A program made the position numbers and the translations under genes. A model generated the notes under the pieces. That model was not told the DNA's origin and did not search any database. It saw only the letters and a program-made list of their open reading frames with translations. DNA of 64,000 nt from an uncultured Chitinophagales bacterium (lineage in GTDB: Bacteria; Bacteroidota; Bacteroidia; Chitinophagales; JADIYW01), in the NCBI GenBank assembly GCA_964472755.1, contig CAYYMF010000002.1:2927-66926 (forward strand). Reading direction: 5' to 3'. Shown here piece after piece: positions 19,318 through 27,634 of the stretch. The number at the start of each line of letters is the position of its first letter. Positions within the stretch are counted from its first letter, which is position 1.

Positions 19318-20736
19318 TTATAAATAATGAATAATAATCATTTGGAAATCATTATTATCTTCTAATTCTTGATGAAATTTATAAATATAGTCTGAATTTA
19401 GATTATCTTCTTCCATTAGATAAGCAAGCTTGAGTTCGCACTCTTTGACTTTATTTTGTAAAAATAATACAGCAATTTCTGCATGATCTGCTTGCGTATG
19501 TTCTTTGCAAGTTTTTTTACAGTTGTGTAATATTTCTAATGCTGTTTCAAAATCATTCAGATTAAAAAATATTTTTGCCAACAAAATATAGGCATCTTCT
19601 TTATTAATATAATTTTCAATTGCAGCTTCACAAGCATCTATAGCAATTTCAATTTCATTAATTTCCATTGCAGATTCAATTAAAGCAATATGAAAATCAT
19701 ACATCTCTTTTTCTAACTCAGCAGCTTTTTGAAATGCTTGATAAGCTTGTTCCCAAAGTCCTTCTTTTTTATAAGTCTCTCCTATTTTATAATAAATAAA
19801 GCCAAAAGCAGGTTCTAAGTGCAAAGCTTTTTTATAATAATATCTAGCTAATTTATAATTGCCTAATTCCTCAAAGCATTTTCCGTGCAATAAAAAAACC
19901 TCTTCATCTGGTTCATAAACTTCTGTCAAATCATTGATTACATCTAATGCTTTGGTAATATTTTTCTCCTTGATTAAAAGCTCTATCATATCAATGTAGG
20001 CATAATCTTCATCTTCGTTAATTGCAATGACATATTCAAAAGCTTCGATAGCTTTTTCTGTCAATCCCATACCACGAAAAGCACAACCTAAATTATACCA
20101 TAAATGATGATTAAAAGGATACATATCAATCATGTGTTGAAAAAATATAATTCCTTCTTCATAAAATTGAGTAACATCAATACAATAATTTATTCTTCTG
20201 AGTGCTTCTTGTTCATCTGGATTGATGACAATACATTTCTTCAAATATTCAAAAACATGGTCATACCTTGATGTTTCTTCATAAATATCACTGATTTGCA
20301 AAAAGATGTCAACTAAATCCTCATTTTCTATAGTATTTTCTAACTTTTTTAGAATATCCAATGCTTCTTTGTATCGAGATTGTGCTGTTAAAATTTCTGC
20401 TTTTAAAATATAGGAACCAATATCAGTGGCATCAAGGCTTTGAATTAATTCAATTAATTCAAAAGCAGTTGCTGTATCTTTTAATTGAAAAGCCAAATTT
20501 GCTTTTCTTAAAATTAATGAAGGTGATTGTGGATGAATTTGTAATGCTTGCTCTGTTGCGTGCATAGCTTTATCATATTGGGCAATCTGTTCGTAATAAT
20601 CAATAATGCTTTCAAAATCATCTTGATCAAAGAATGTTACCTTATTCTGTTTTACAGAATTTTCAAATTGCTGGATTAATTCTCTAATTTCATCCAAATT
20701 TTCAAATTCTTCGTTATCAAAATCAAAAAAATCCAT
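19318..20736 (-). CDS. Tetratricopeptide-repeat protein
   Basis: TPR-like 34-aa helical repeats run throughout (for example AIEAFEYVIAINEDEDYAY and ARYYYKKALHLEPAFG). The track start is TTG 20748, and the ATG at 20736 gives MDFFDFDNEEF. Confidence 0.7.
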   Translation of the reverse strand: MDFFDFDNEEFENLDEIRELIQQFENSVKQNKVTFFDQDDFESIIDYYEQIAQYDKAMHATEQALQIHPQSPSLILRKANLAFQLKDTATAFELIELIQSLDATDIGSYILKAEILTAQSRYKEALDILKKLENTIENEDLVDIFLQISDIYEETSRYDHVFEYLKKCIVINPDEQEALRRINYCIDVTQFYEEGIIFFQHMIDMYPFNHHLWYNLGCAFRGMGLTEKAIEAFEYVIAINEDEDYAYIDMIELLIKEKNITKALDVINDLTEVYEPDEEVFLLHGKCFEELGNYKLARYYYKKALHLEPAFGFIYYKIGETYKKEGLWEQAYQAFQKAAELEKEMYDFHIALIESAMEINEIEIAIDACEAAIENYINKEDAYILLAKIFFNLNDFETALEILHNCKKTCKEHTQADHAEIAVLFLQNKVKECELKLAYLMEEDNLNSDYIYKFHQELEDNNDFQMIIIHYL

Positions 20737-20788
20737 AGATTTATACAAAGTTAAGTTTTAATTCTCACATTCAAAATAGAGCTTATTA

Positions 20789-22069
20789 ATGAAAAATTAC
20801 CAAATAGTTATACACATCTTTGCATTATTGTTTCTTAACAAAACATTTACCTACGCTCAAGATACTTTAGAAACAACTAAAAAACATCCAAAACTATATC
20901 AAATACAACAAAAATATTTGAATTGGGTGGATAAAAAAGATAAAGAAATGCCGTTTGCTTTACCCGTAATTGCTGGAAATAAGTATGACGGTGTTCAAAT
21001 TGGTGCGGCAGTTATAAATTTAAGACAGCCAGTAAAAAATATAGACTTTTCTAGTGTTTTATTATATGGAACAAAAAGTAAAAAAGTAAATGGTATTGCT
21101 GATATTGCTTATTATATTGAACCTAAAAATGAAGTACTTAATAAAATTAAAATTGCTACAAATTTCAAATCTTTTAGCAATGCGATTAGTCCAAATAAAT
21201 TAAAATATTATGCTCTAAAACCTGAATTGGAATTTCAATTATTTTCTAAAAAAAATAGCAAAATAACACACACCATCAATTTTAAATCTAATTTAATATT
21301 TGAGCAAGAAAAAGTGTATTTTAGTTTCAACCACAATGCCGACAGCACTTTAAAACGGTTTTATGCTAATAATTTAACTTATACTTTTGATTTTAAAAAC
21401 AAAAATTATCCTTTCAATATTCAACTACAATTAGAACAATCCAAACAGCTTTTAAAACTTGGCATTGAAGCCAATGCTTTTATTCGTTATCAATTGAAAG
21501 ATTACAATACAGGTTTACATGTACGTTTTTTTAGTGGTTCAATATTATATCAAAATAGTACATTTCGTCCTCGCTCTTTTCCAAATTATGGTTATACAAT
21601 TAGTGGAACTACTGGCTTAAATGACTACAAATACAATAACTTTTATTTTGGCAGAAACGAAACCGAAGGTTTGTCCTCTAGACAAATTAGTGCAAATGAT
21701 GGTTTTATGAAATTAACGACACCAGCGAATAAAAATTACCAAGAAGGTAGAACATTAAACTATTTATTAGCCATAAATATTGTTTTAGATTTTCCAATTC
21801 CACACATTCCAATTAAGTTATTTGCAGATTTTGGCTATGCTTCAGACAAGAAAATCCATACGATACAAAACCTACCTTTTAATAAATTTTATTACGATGC
21901 TGGTTTGATGTTTAGCTTTTTCAATAGAGGTTTAGAATTTTACATACCTTTTATTATGAATAAAGAAAGAGATACGCCAAAACGTCCAAAATTAGGACAA
22001 AGAATCTCATTTTTGGTTGATATGCAAAAATTGACTTTACATAAACAAATCAGAAAGATGCAATTTTAA
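20789..22069 (+). CDS. Secreted or outer-membrane protein, function unknown
   Basis: 426 aa with signal peptide MKNYQIVIHIFALLFLNKTFTYAQD. It is Asn/Tyr/Phe-rich and the C-terminus ends in Phe (IRKMQF). Confidence 0.5.
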   Translation: MKNYQIVIHIFALLFLNKTFTYAQDTLETTKKHPKLYQIQQKYLNWVDKKDKEMPFALPVIAGNKYDGVQIGAAVINLRQPVKNIDFSSVLLYGTKSKKVNGIADIAYYIEPKNEVLNKIKIATNFKSFSNAISPNKLKYYALKPELEFQLFSKKNSKITHTINFKSNLIFEQEKVYFSFNHNADSTLKRFYANNLTYTFDFKNKNYPFNIQLQLEQSKQLLKLGIEANAFIRYQLKDYNTGLHVRFFSGSILYQNSTFRPRSFPNYGYTISGTTGLNDYKYNNFYFGRNETEGLSSRQISANDGFMKLTTPANKNYQEGRTLNYLLAINIVLDFPIPHIPIKLFADFGYASDKKIHTIQNLPFNKFYYDAGLMFSFFNRGLEFYIPFIMNKERDTPKRPKLGQRISFLVDMQKLTLHKQIRKMQF

Positions 22070-22099
22070 ACAATCTATTCCATTTGTTGTTTTAAGTTT

Positions 22100-23056
22100 G
22101 TGTCGCTCATATATTCAAGAAATAGCAAAATTTTTAAAAGCATTTTACTCGCATCAGGTTTATGTAGTGTGGTTTGGGGCATAATTGCTATAATCTATGC
22201 AGAGAATTGGTTTGAAAGCCTTGGACATGCTGAGCTTTTTCAAGCAATGGGTTTGTACGAATTGGCATTGGGCATTGCTTATTTTATGGCTTCAAATAAT
22301 CCATTAAGAAATTGGCAAATTGTATTTATTGGTTTCATTATAAAAATCACACTATCCTTTGGCTATTTATATTATAGTTTAGTAAAAGTGGAACCTGATT
22401 TTATTTTCCAAATGATACTCATTACAGATTTGGTTTGGATTTTACCTTTTGCTTTTGTGCTTTACAATGCATATATACATGACCAATTATTAGACAATGA
22501 GATGATTGGCTTACAAGCTGCTTCACTGAATAGCATTATGCATACAATGAATACTAATAAGCAAAACAATTTATATAAGTTATCGAAACAACAGCCAGTT
22601 TTGTTGGTATTTCTAAGACATTTTGGTTGCTCGTTTTGTAGAGATACTTTAATGAGAATTGGTGAATTAAGAAAAGGTATTGAAGACAAGAAAATAAAAA
22701 TTGTGTTAGTGAATATGTATGATAATGCAACAGCAGAAGACAATTTAAAAGAATATAATTTAGAAAATCTTGACTATATTGCTGACGAAGAATCTATTTT
22801 GTATAAAACATTTAAGTTGAGAAGAGCCACTTTTTCACAAATTTTTGGCATAAAAGTATTTATAAAAATGTTCAAAATATTTTTTACTAAAGGCACAACT
22901 TCTTCATTGACAGAACCAGCAGATTCTTTCCAAATGCCAGGAATATTTTTAATTAAAAATGGTACTATTATCCAACAATATAATTACACAAGTATTGCTG
23001 ATACACCGCCAATATTAGAAATTATTGAAGATGCTACATTAATCCAATCCAATTAA
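22100..23056 (+). CDS. Fusion of a 4-helix membrane domain with an AhpC/TSA-like (peroxiredoxin-like) thioredoxin-fold domain
   Basis: GTG start. The N-terminal ~125 aa are hydrophobic, and the C-terminal part has PVLLVFLRHFGCSFCRD, the CxxC context of the AhpC/TSA_2-type family. Confidence 0.65.
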   Translation: MSLIYSRNSKIFKSILLASGLCSVVWGIIAIIYAENWFESLGHAELFQAMGLYELALGIAYFMASNNPLRNWQIVFIGFIIKITLSFGYLYYSLVKVEPDFIFQMILITDLVWILPFAFVLYNAYIHDQLLDNEMIGLQAASLNSIMHTMNTNKQNNLYKLSKQQPVLLVFLRHFGCSFCRDTLMRIGELRKGIEDKKIKIVLVNMYDNATAEDNLKEYNLENLDYIADEESILYKTFKLRRATFSQIFGIKVFIKMFKIFFTKGTTSSLTEPADSFQMPGIFLIKNGTIIQQYNYTSIADTPPILEIIEDATLIQSN

Positions 23057-23058
23057 GA

Positions 23059-23973
23059 TTATTGAAATCTAGGGTGATGCATGATGAGTGATGTACGCAA
23101 ATATTCTTGATCCAAATGCGTATAAATTTCAGTGGTGGTAATAGAAGCGTGTCCTAACATTTGTTGCACCGCACGTAAGTCTGCTCCACCTTCAATCAGG
23201 TGCGTAGCAAAAGAATGTCTAAAAGTATGCGGACTAATATTTTTTTGCAAATTTATCTTTTCTGCCAATTGTTTAATAATAATAAATACCATCACTCTTG
23301 TCAGTGGTTTTCCTCTCCTATTTAAAAATAAAAAATCTTGATACTGTTCTTCAATATTCAATTTATTTCGGATAAAATCCATATAAATTTGAATATGCTT
23401 TATCGCTTCTTGCCCAATTGGCACCAAACGTTCTTTATTGCCTTTGCCAATTACACGAATAAATTCTACATCAAAATAAATATGCGAAACACGAAGATTA
23501 ATTAACTCTGCTACTCGTAAACCACAACTGTATAAGGTTTCAAGCATAGCTTTATTTCTTATATTTTCATCTTTAGATAAATCTAAAGCACCAATTAATT
23601 GCTCTATTTCATTAAATGACAAAGTATCTGGTAATTTTTTACTCAGTTTGGGCGTTTCTATTAAAGCACTTGGATTTTTATCTATATAATTATCTAAAAC
23701 TAAATATTTAAAAAAAGACTTTATACCCGAAATAATACGAGCTTGACTTCTATCATTCAATCCTAAATCGTATAAAAATGCAACAAAATTTTCCAATAGC
23801 TTATAGTCAATCGCTTCAATTTTTAAGTCTAGATGATGAATTGCAATATATTGTTTCAACAATTGAACATCATGTAGATAAGCCTCGATAGAATTGGTCG
23901 ATAAGGACTTTTCGATTTTCAAATGAGCCTGAAAATTACGAATATAAGATGACCAAAGTACATTATTATCCAT
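23059..23973 (-). CDS. xerD: Site-specific tyrosine recombinase XerD (chromosome dimer resolution)
   Basis: The catalytic region is HTFRHSFATHLIEGGADLRAVQQMLGHASITTTEIYTH, with ARVISG-like box I (RIISGIKSFF). The length is about 300 aa. ATG at 23973; the track used GTG 23976. Confidence 0.88.
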   Translation of the reverse strand: MDNNVLWSSYIRNFQAHLKIEKSLSTNSIEAYLHDVQLLKQYIAIHHLDLKIEAIDYKLLENFVAFLYDLGLNDRSQARIISGIKSFFKYLVLDNYIDKNPSALIETPKLSKKLPDTLSFNEIEQLIGALDLSKDENIRNKAMLETLYSCGLRVAELINLRVSHIYFDVEFIRVIGKGNKERLVPIGQEAIKHIQIYMDFIRNKLNIEEQYQDFLFLNRRGKPLTRVMVFIIIKQLAEKINLQKNISPHTFRHSFATHLIEGGADLRAVQQMLGHASITTTEIYTHLDQEYLRTSLIMHHPRFQ

Positions 23974-24233
23974 CACATTAATGAAATTGTTGGAATTTTA
24001 TCTAATTCATAACATTCAATTTCCAATTTCCTAATTGCATTTACATTGCGAGTTGCAATTTTAAATTTTTCAATGGCTGCATATTTATTTTTAGCTTCAA
24101 TTTTCAAGACAATACTTGACATTTTTATATCTAAAACATTATCTATATAAGCATCTTCATCAATTTTCATTTGAATAACAACAAACTCCTTTATATAAAT
24201 AAAATCAAAAAGTCTAAAAATATTAAATGGCAT
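23973..24233 (-). CDS. Small hypothetical protein whose stop overlaps the xerD start
   Basis: 86-aa ORF, or 65 aa if it starts at the internal MKIDEDAYIDN. Its TGA shares one nucleotide with the xerD ATG (TGATG). It has no recognisable motif, so coding status is uncertain. Confidence 0.3.
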   Translation of the reverse strand: MPFNIFRLFDFIYIKEFVVIQMKIDEDAYIDNVLDIKMSSIVLKIEAKNKYAAIEKFKIATRNVNAIRKLEIECYELDKIPTISLM

Positions 24234-24427
24234 AATAATTTATATTAATTGTTTTGTTTAAGTTGAAGATATATATTTTTATGCTTTTAATACAAAATAA
24301 ACACAACAAAAGTTATGATTGGTAGCAATTCGTTGGACTTAGACAACTCAATATACCATATAATTATGTCTTTTTCTGAAATAGGTTTACAAAAAATAAT
24401 TAAAAAAACTATCCATTTAAGACAGCC

Positions 24428-24453
24428 TTTATTTTATTTTATTTTATTTTATT
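24428..24453. repeat. Pentanucleotide microsatellite (ATTTT), about 4-5 units
   Basis: The sequence tttattttattttattttattttatt lies immediately 3' of the stop of the 611-aa gene. Confidence 0.8.
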
Positions 24454-24461
24454 CTTTACTC

Positions 24462-26297
24462 CTACTGACTCACTATACTTGGAATTCCTTCGGTAGGCAT
24501 TCCAAATTTTACAGCCAAATTGAAATACACTTTTGCTTTATTGGTATCACTTTCCATTAAATAATAATAACCTAGATTTTCATAAGCTGCAAAATTCAAG
24601 CTATCTTTCCTAATTAAATCAAAATTATAATTTAGTGATTTTTCTTTTAGACCCTGTTCATAATATATAGTCGAAATATTATTTATCAATGCTTGTTTGT
24701 GCCTATCCGTTGCAAATTGATAAGCTCTATAATAATAATTTTCTGAATTTATATATTCTTTTTTAGAATAATAAAGATCTCCTAAAAATTCTAACAAGCT
24801 TACATTCGTAGAATCAACAGAATAAGCTTTCTTAAAATATTTTTCAGCATTGGTAAAATCATTTTTCAAGAATAATAATTGTCCTAACTGTGTATTAATA
24901 AGCACATTCTCTTCATACACATGATTAGCATTTAATGCACATTGTATCCCTTTATTCAAATAACTAGTATCATTAGTTGCTTTAAAATTATCAATATAAA
25001 TATTAGTAGCAATTCGCATACCTTCGTAAGAATTATGTAGTTTAGGAACATCTGTTTCAATTAAAGTTGACAAATTTTCCCAAGCTTTCGCCCTAATGAA
25101 AGAAGCTGTTGTTAATAGGACTACTATACAAACAAAAATCCCTTTGGTATAAATATTTTGTATTGGTAAAAAATGCGTTAATACAAATACAAAAAGCATA
25201 ATAAACCAAGGCAATGCCATAAATACATATCTATCTGCAACAATTCCAGCAACTGCTGTTATAAAACCTGTAGCAAAGAAAATAAAGGATAAAAAACCTA
25301 TACCTGAAATTAAGATAAAACGATTTTTTTTAGCTAAAAATAGCACACCGATTATAATAGACACAAATATTAAAAATAGAAAAAAAAGTTTCAAAGAAAA
25401 TGCAGTATCTAATTGATAATAGTTGTAACCATAATAATAACACAACTTTATTGGCATTAAAATCTTTCCAATATAAATGAATATTACTTGTAAATATGTA
25501 TAAATGCTAATTAAAAATCCTGTTAAATCAGCTACAGGATTTTCAGTAAATGTAGTAATTGCCAATTTACTATCATCTAAAATATCTATAGGTAAGAAAT
25601 AATCAACGAGGCTTACTCTTAAAACAGAATAAGTAATAACATAAAAAGCAAAAATTCCTATTCCCCAAACCCAATCTCGCTTATTGAATTTAATAAAATT
25701 AAAACCAACTATGAATAATATAATTCCTAAGATATCAATTTTGGCAAAGGTTCCAAGTATAAAAAACAACCAACTGTAAACTAGATATTTAAACTTGTAA
25801 TTATTATAACTTGCTTTTAAAAAAAAATATAAACTCCAAATGCCCAATAACATACTCAACAAACCATCTCTTGATTTTATATTGGCAACGACTTCAACAA
25901 CTAAAGGGTGTACTGCAAATATACACACCATAAAAAAGGTTTCTAATTTATATTTTCCATTAAATAGTAATTGAAAAAGATAATGTGTTGAAAAAAGAAT
26001 TAAAACAAAAATTACAACATTAATGATGTGTGCTATTTGAGGATTAATTGTACCTACAATAAAATATTCCAATGCAAATGTAAGCATACTAATTGGTCGA
26101 TAATCTACCCTATTGTATCGCTGTGTAAAAACATTAAATATATCTGTAAACTGAAAAATTTTCCCTTCAATTCCTTCTTTAATTAAATCATCATCTAATG
26201 CAAAATCAAAATGAAAAGTTTGGGTATAAATCAACATTACCAATACTATATAAATGAATAAAATAATATATTTATTTGTATAGAATGATTGTTGCAT
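24462..26297 (-). CDS. GT-C-fold membrane glycosyltransferase-like protein with C-terminal TPR repeats (TMTC/PMT-like architecture)
   Basis: 611 aa. About 11-12 hydrophobic helices fill the first ~400 aa, with an acidic first-loop motif FHFDFALDDDLI. The C-terminal ~200 aa are TPR-like (DLYYSKKEYINSENYYYRAYQF, NLGYYYLMESDTNKAKVYFNLAVKFG). Confidence 0.6.
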   Translation of the reverse strand: MQQSFYTNKYIILFIYIVLVMLIYTQTFHFDFALDDDLIKEGIEGKIFQFTDIFNVFTQRYNRVDYRPISMLTFALEYFIVGTINPQIAHIINVVIFVLILFSTHYLFQLLFNGKYKLETFFMVCIFAVHPLVVEVVANIKSRDGLLSMLLGIWSLYFFLKASYNNYKFKYLVYSWLFFILGTFAKIDILGIILFIVGFNFIKFNKRDWVWGIGIFAFYVITYSVLRVSLVDYFLPIDILDDSKLAITTFTENPVADLTGFLISIYTYLQVIFIYIGKILMPIKLCYYYGYNYYQLDTAFSLKLFFLFLIFVSIIIGVLFLAKKNRFILISGIGFLSFIFFATGFITAVAGIVADRYVFMALPWFIMLFVFVLTHFLPIQNIYTKGIFVCIVVLLTTASFIRAKAWENLSTLIETDVPKLHNSYEGMRIATNIYIDNFKATNDTSYLNKGIQCALNANHVYEENVLINTQLGQLLFLKNDFTNAEKYFKKAYSVDSTNVSLLEFLGDLYYSKKEYINSENYYYRAYQFATDRHKQALINNISTIYYEQGLKEKSLNYNFDLIRKDSLNFAAYENLGYYYLMESDTNKAKVYFNLAVKFGMPTEGIPSIVSQ

Positions 26298-26348
26298 AGA
26301 ATATAAAATACAAAATAACTAATTAAAAATAAATATTATTTTAAACCT

Positions 26349-27539
26349 TTACAAAAAGCATTTACCCATTCCTCGATAAGTTGGTATTTTTTCAACAACT
26401 GAACCATCTTTAATTAAATATAATTCATTAAATCGCTCACACAACTCTCCAGCTTTACTGTGTCTAAAAAATATAGCATCTCCAATTTTTAACGATTGCT
26501 TCCCGTTATATACAAATGGCGTTTGGACTTCACCGCAACCTTCATTTTCTGTAATTTGTACACCTTCTGGTAAATATGGTTTAGGTTGTTTATCAATACC
26601 CACACTTCCGCTGGCTATATAACCACCACCCAAGCAAGTAAACATTCTATCTTTTGGCTGTCTGACAATTGGCAGTGCAAATCCAGCAGCTGGTAAATGC
26701 TTAAAATTATCATAGTAATCAAATAATACAGGCGAGAAAAAACCTGAACCAACTGTAATTTCAGTTACGCCATCTTCAACCTTATTCCATTCCATACTTC
26801 CTGTTCCTCCAGCATTTACAATTTCTAAAGTAGTACATTTTTGTTTAATGTATTCAATGACTTCTTTTCTTCTTTGTGTATATTCAGGTATGGATTTTTT
26901 CTTCAAAAATTTTATGGCAAAATTCTTAATTCCGTTTGCTGGATTCGTATCTCCAACTCCTGCAATCTGTGCCTCATAACCCATTAATGCAGTTAATTTT
27001 ATATTTTTAAAATTCAACAACTGTGTTATATAAATTTTAGCATCACGAACATTAGCCAAAGAAGAACGAAAAACACCAAAATGCAAGCCTAAAAAATTTG
27101 AAGACATATCAATATCAATACAAATTGGTTGAATAACTTGTTCTTCTTCGGCAATAGAATTTATCAAACTTGCATGACTTATACAATCTGTCATTATGAT
27201 AATTTTCTTTCCAGTTTTTGTAAGTTTACAAATATTTCTAATTTGATTATTATCTATAATTGGATAGCCTAACAAAATATCATCAAATCCTTGCTCTATT
27301 AAAAACAAAGCTTCAGCACCAGTAAATGACATAATACCTTGATATTTTTTATCTGTTTCAAAAATGCGTTTTAATGTCCATATATTACGAATAGATTTTG
27401 ATGCTACGCGAATGTTTTTATTACCAGCACGTTCAGCTATTGCTTTAATATTTTTATCTAAGAAATCGACATCTACAAAAGCTAATGGTAAAGTTTCATT
27501 TTTAATTGCCGTATTGTAATAGTTATAATCGTGATTCAT
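26349..27539 (-). CDS. PLP-dependent enzyme of the alanine racemase N-terminal fold (D-serine dehydratase / D-threonine aldolase-like)
   Basis: 396 aa with a RVASKSIR PLP-lysine context, then a TIM-barrel-like and a C-terminal beta-domain pattern. The specific substrate cannot be assigned. Confidence 0.55.
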   Translation of the reverse strand: MNHDYNYYNTAIKNETLPLAFVDVDFLDKNIKAIAERAGNKNIRVASKSIRNIWTLKRIFETDKKYQGIMSFTGAEALFLIEQGFDDILLGYPIIDNNQIRNICKLTKTGKKIIIMTDCISHASLINSIAEEEQVIQPICIDIDMSSNFLGLHFGVFRSSLANVRDAKIYITQLLNFKNIKLTALMGYEAQIAGVGDTNPANGIKNFAIKFLKKKSIPEYTQRRKEVIEYIKQKCTTLEIVNAGGTGSMEWNKVEDGVTEITVGSGFFSPVLFDYYDNFKHLPAAGFALPIVRQPKDRMFTCLGGGYIASGSVGIDKQPKPYLPEGVQITENEGCGEVQTPFVYNGKQSLKIGDAIFFRHSKAGELCERFNELYLIKDGSVVEKIPTYRGMGKCFL

Positions 27540-27562
27540 TTAGTATTTATTTTTAAGATACA

Positions 27563-27570
27563 CAAAGATA
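27563..27570 (-). promoter_or_regulatory. Candidate -7 promoter box (TATCTTTG on the minus strand) for the PLP-enzyme gene
   Basis: The plus strand reads caaagata, 24 nt upstream of the ATG at 27539. Confidence 0.4.
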
Positions 27571-27634
27571 ATAAGCTTCATCTAATATTCTATAAATAGC
27601 AAGAAACAATAGAAAACTTTTATCTTTATCCTTG

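Noticed and set aside
20746-20753. TAACTTTG box as promoter of the TPR gene
   Set aside because: It is an exact motif match, but it lies only 10 nt from the preferred ATG (20736) and overlaps the alternative TTG start. It is too ambiguous to list as a feature.
23059-23976. Tyrosine recombinase as marker of an integrated mobile element
   Set aside because: The sequence and length fit housekeeping XerD. No phage, transposon or conjugation genes, att-like repeats or tRNA target are nearby.
24315-24560. 81-aa plus-strand ORF between the xerD region and the 611-aa gene
   Set aside because: It spans an intergenic microsatellite and runs antisense into the 3' end of the TMTC-like gene. It has no motifs.
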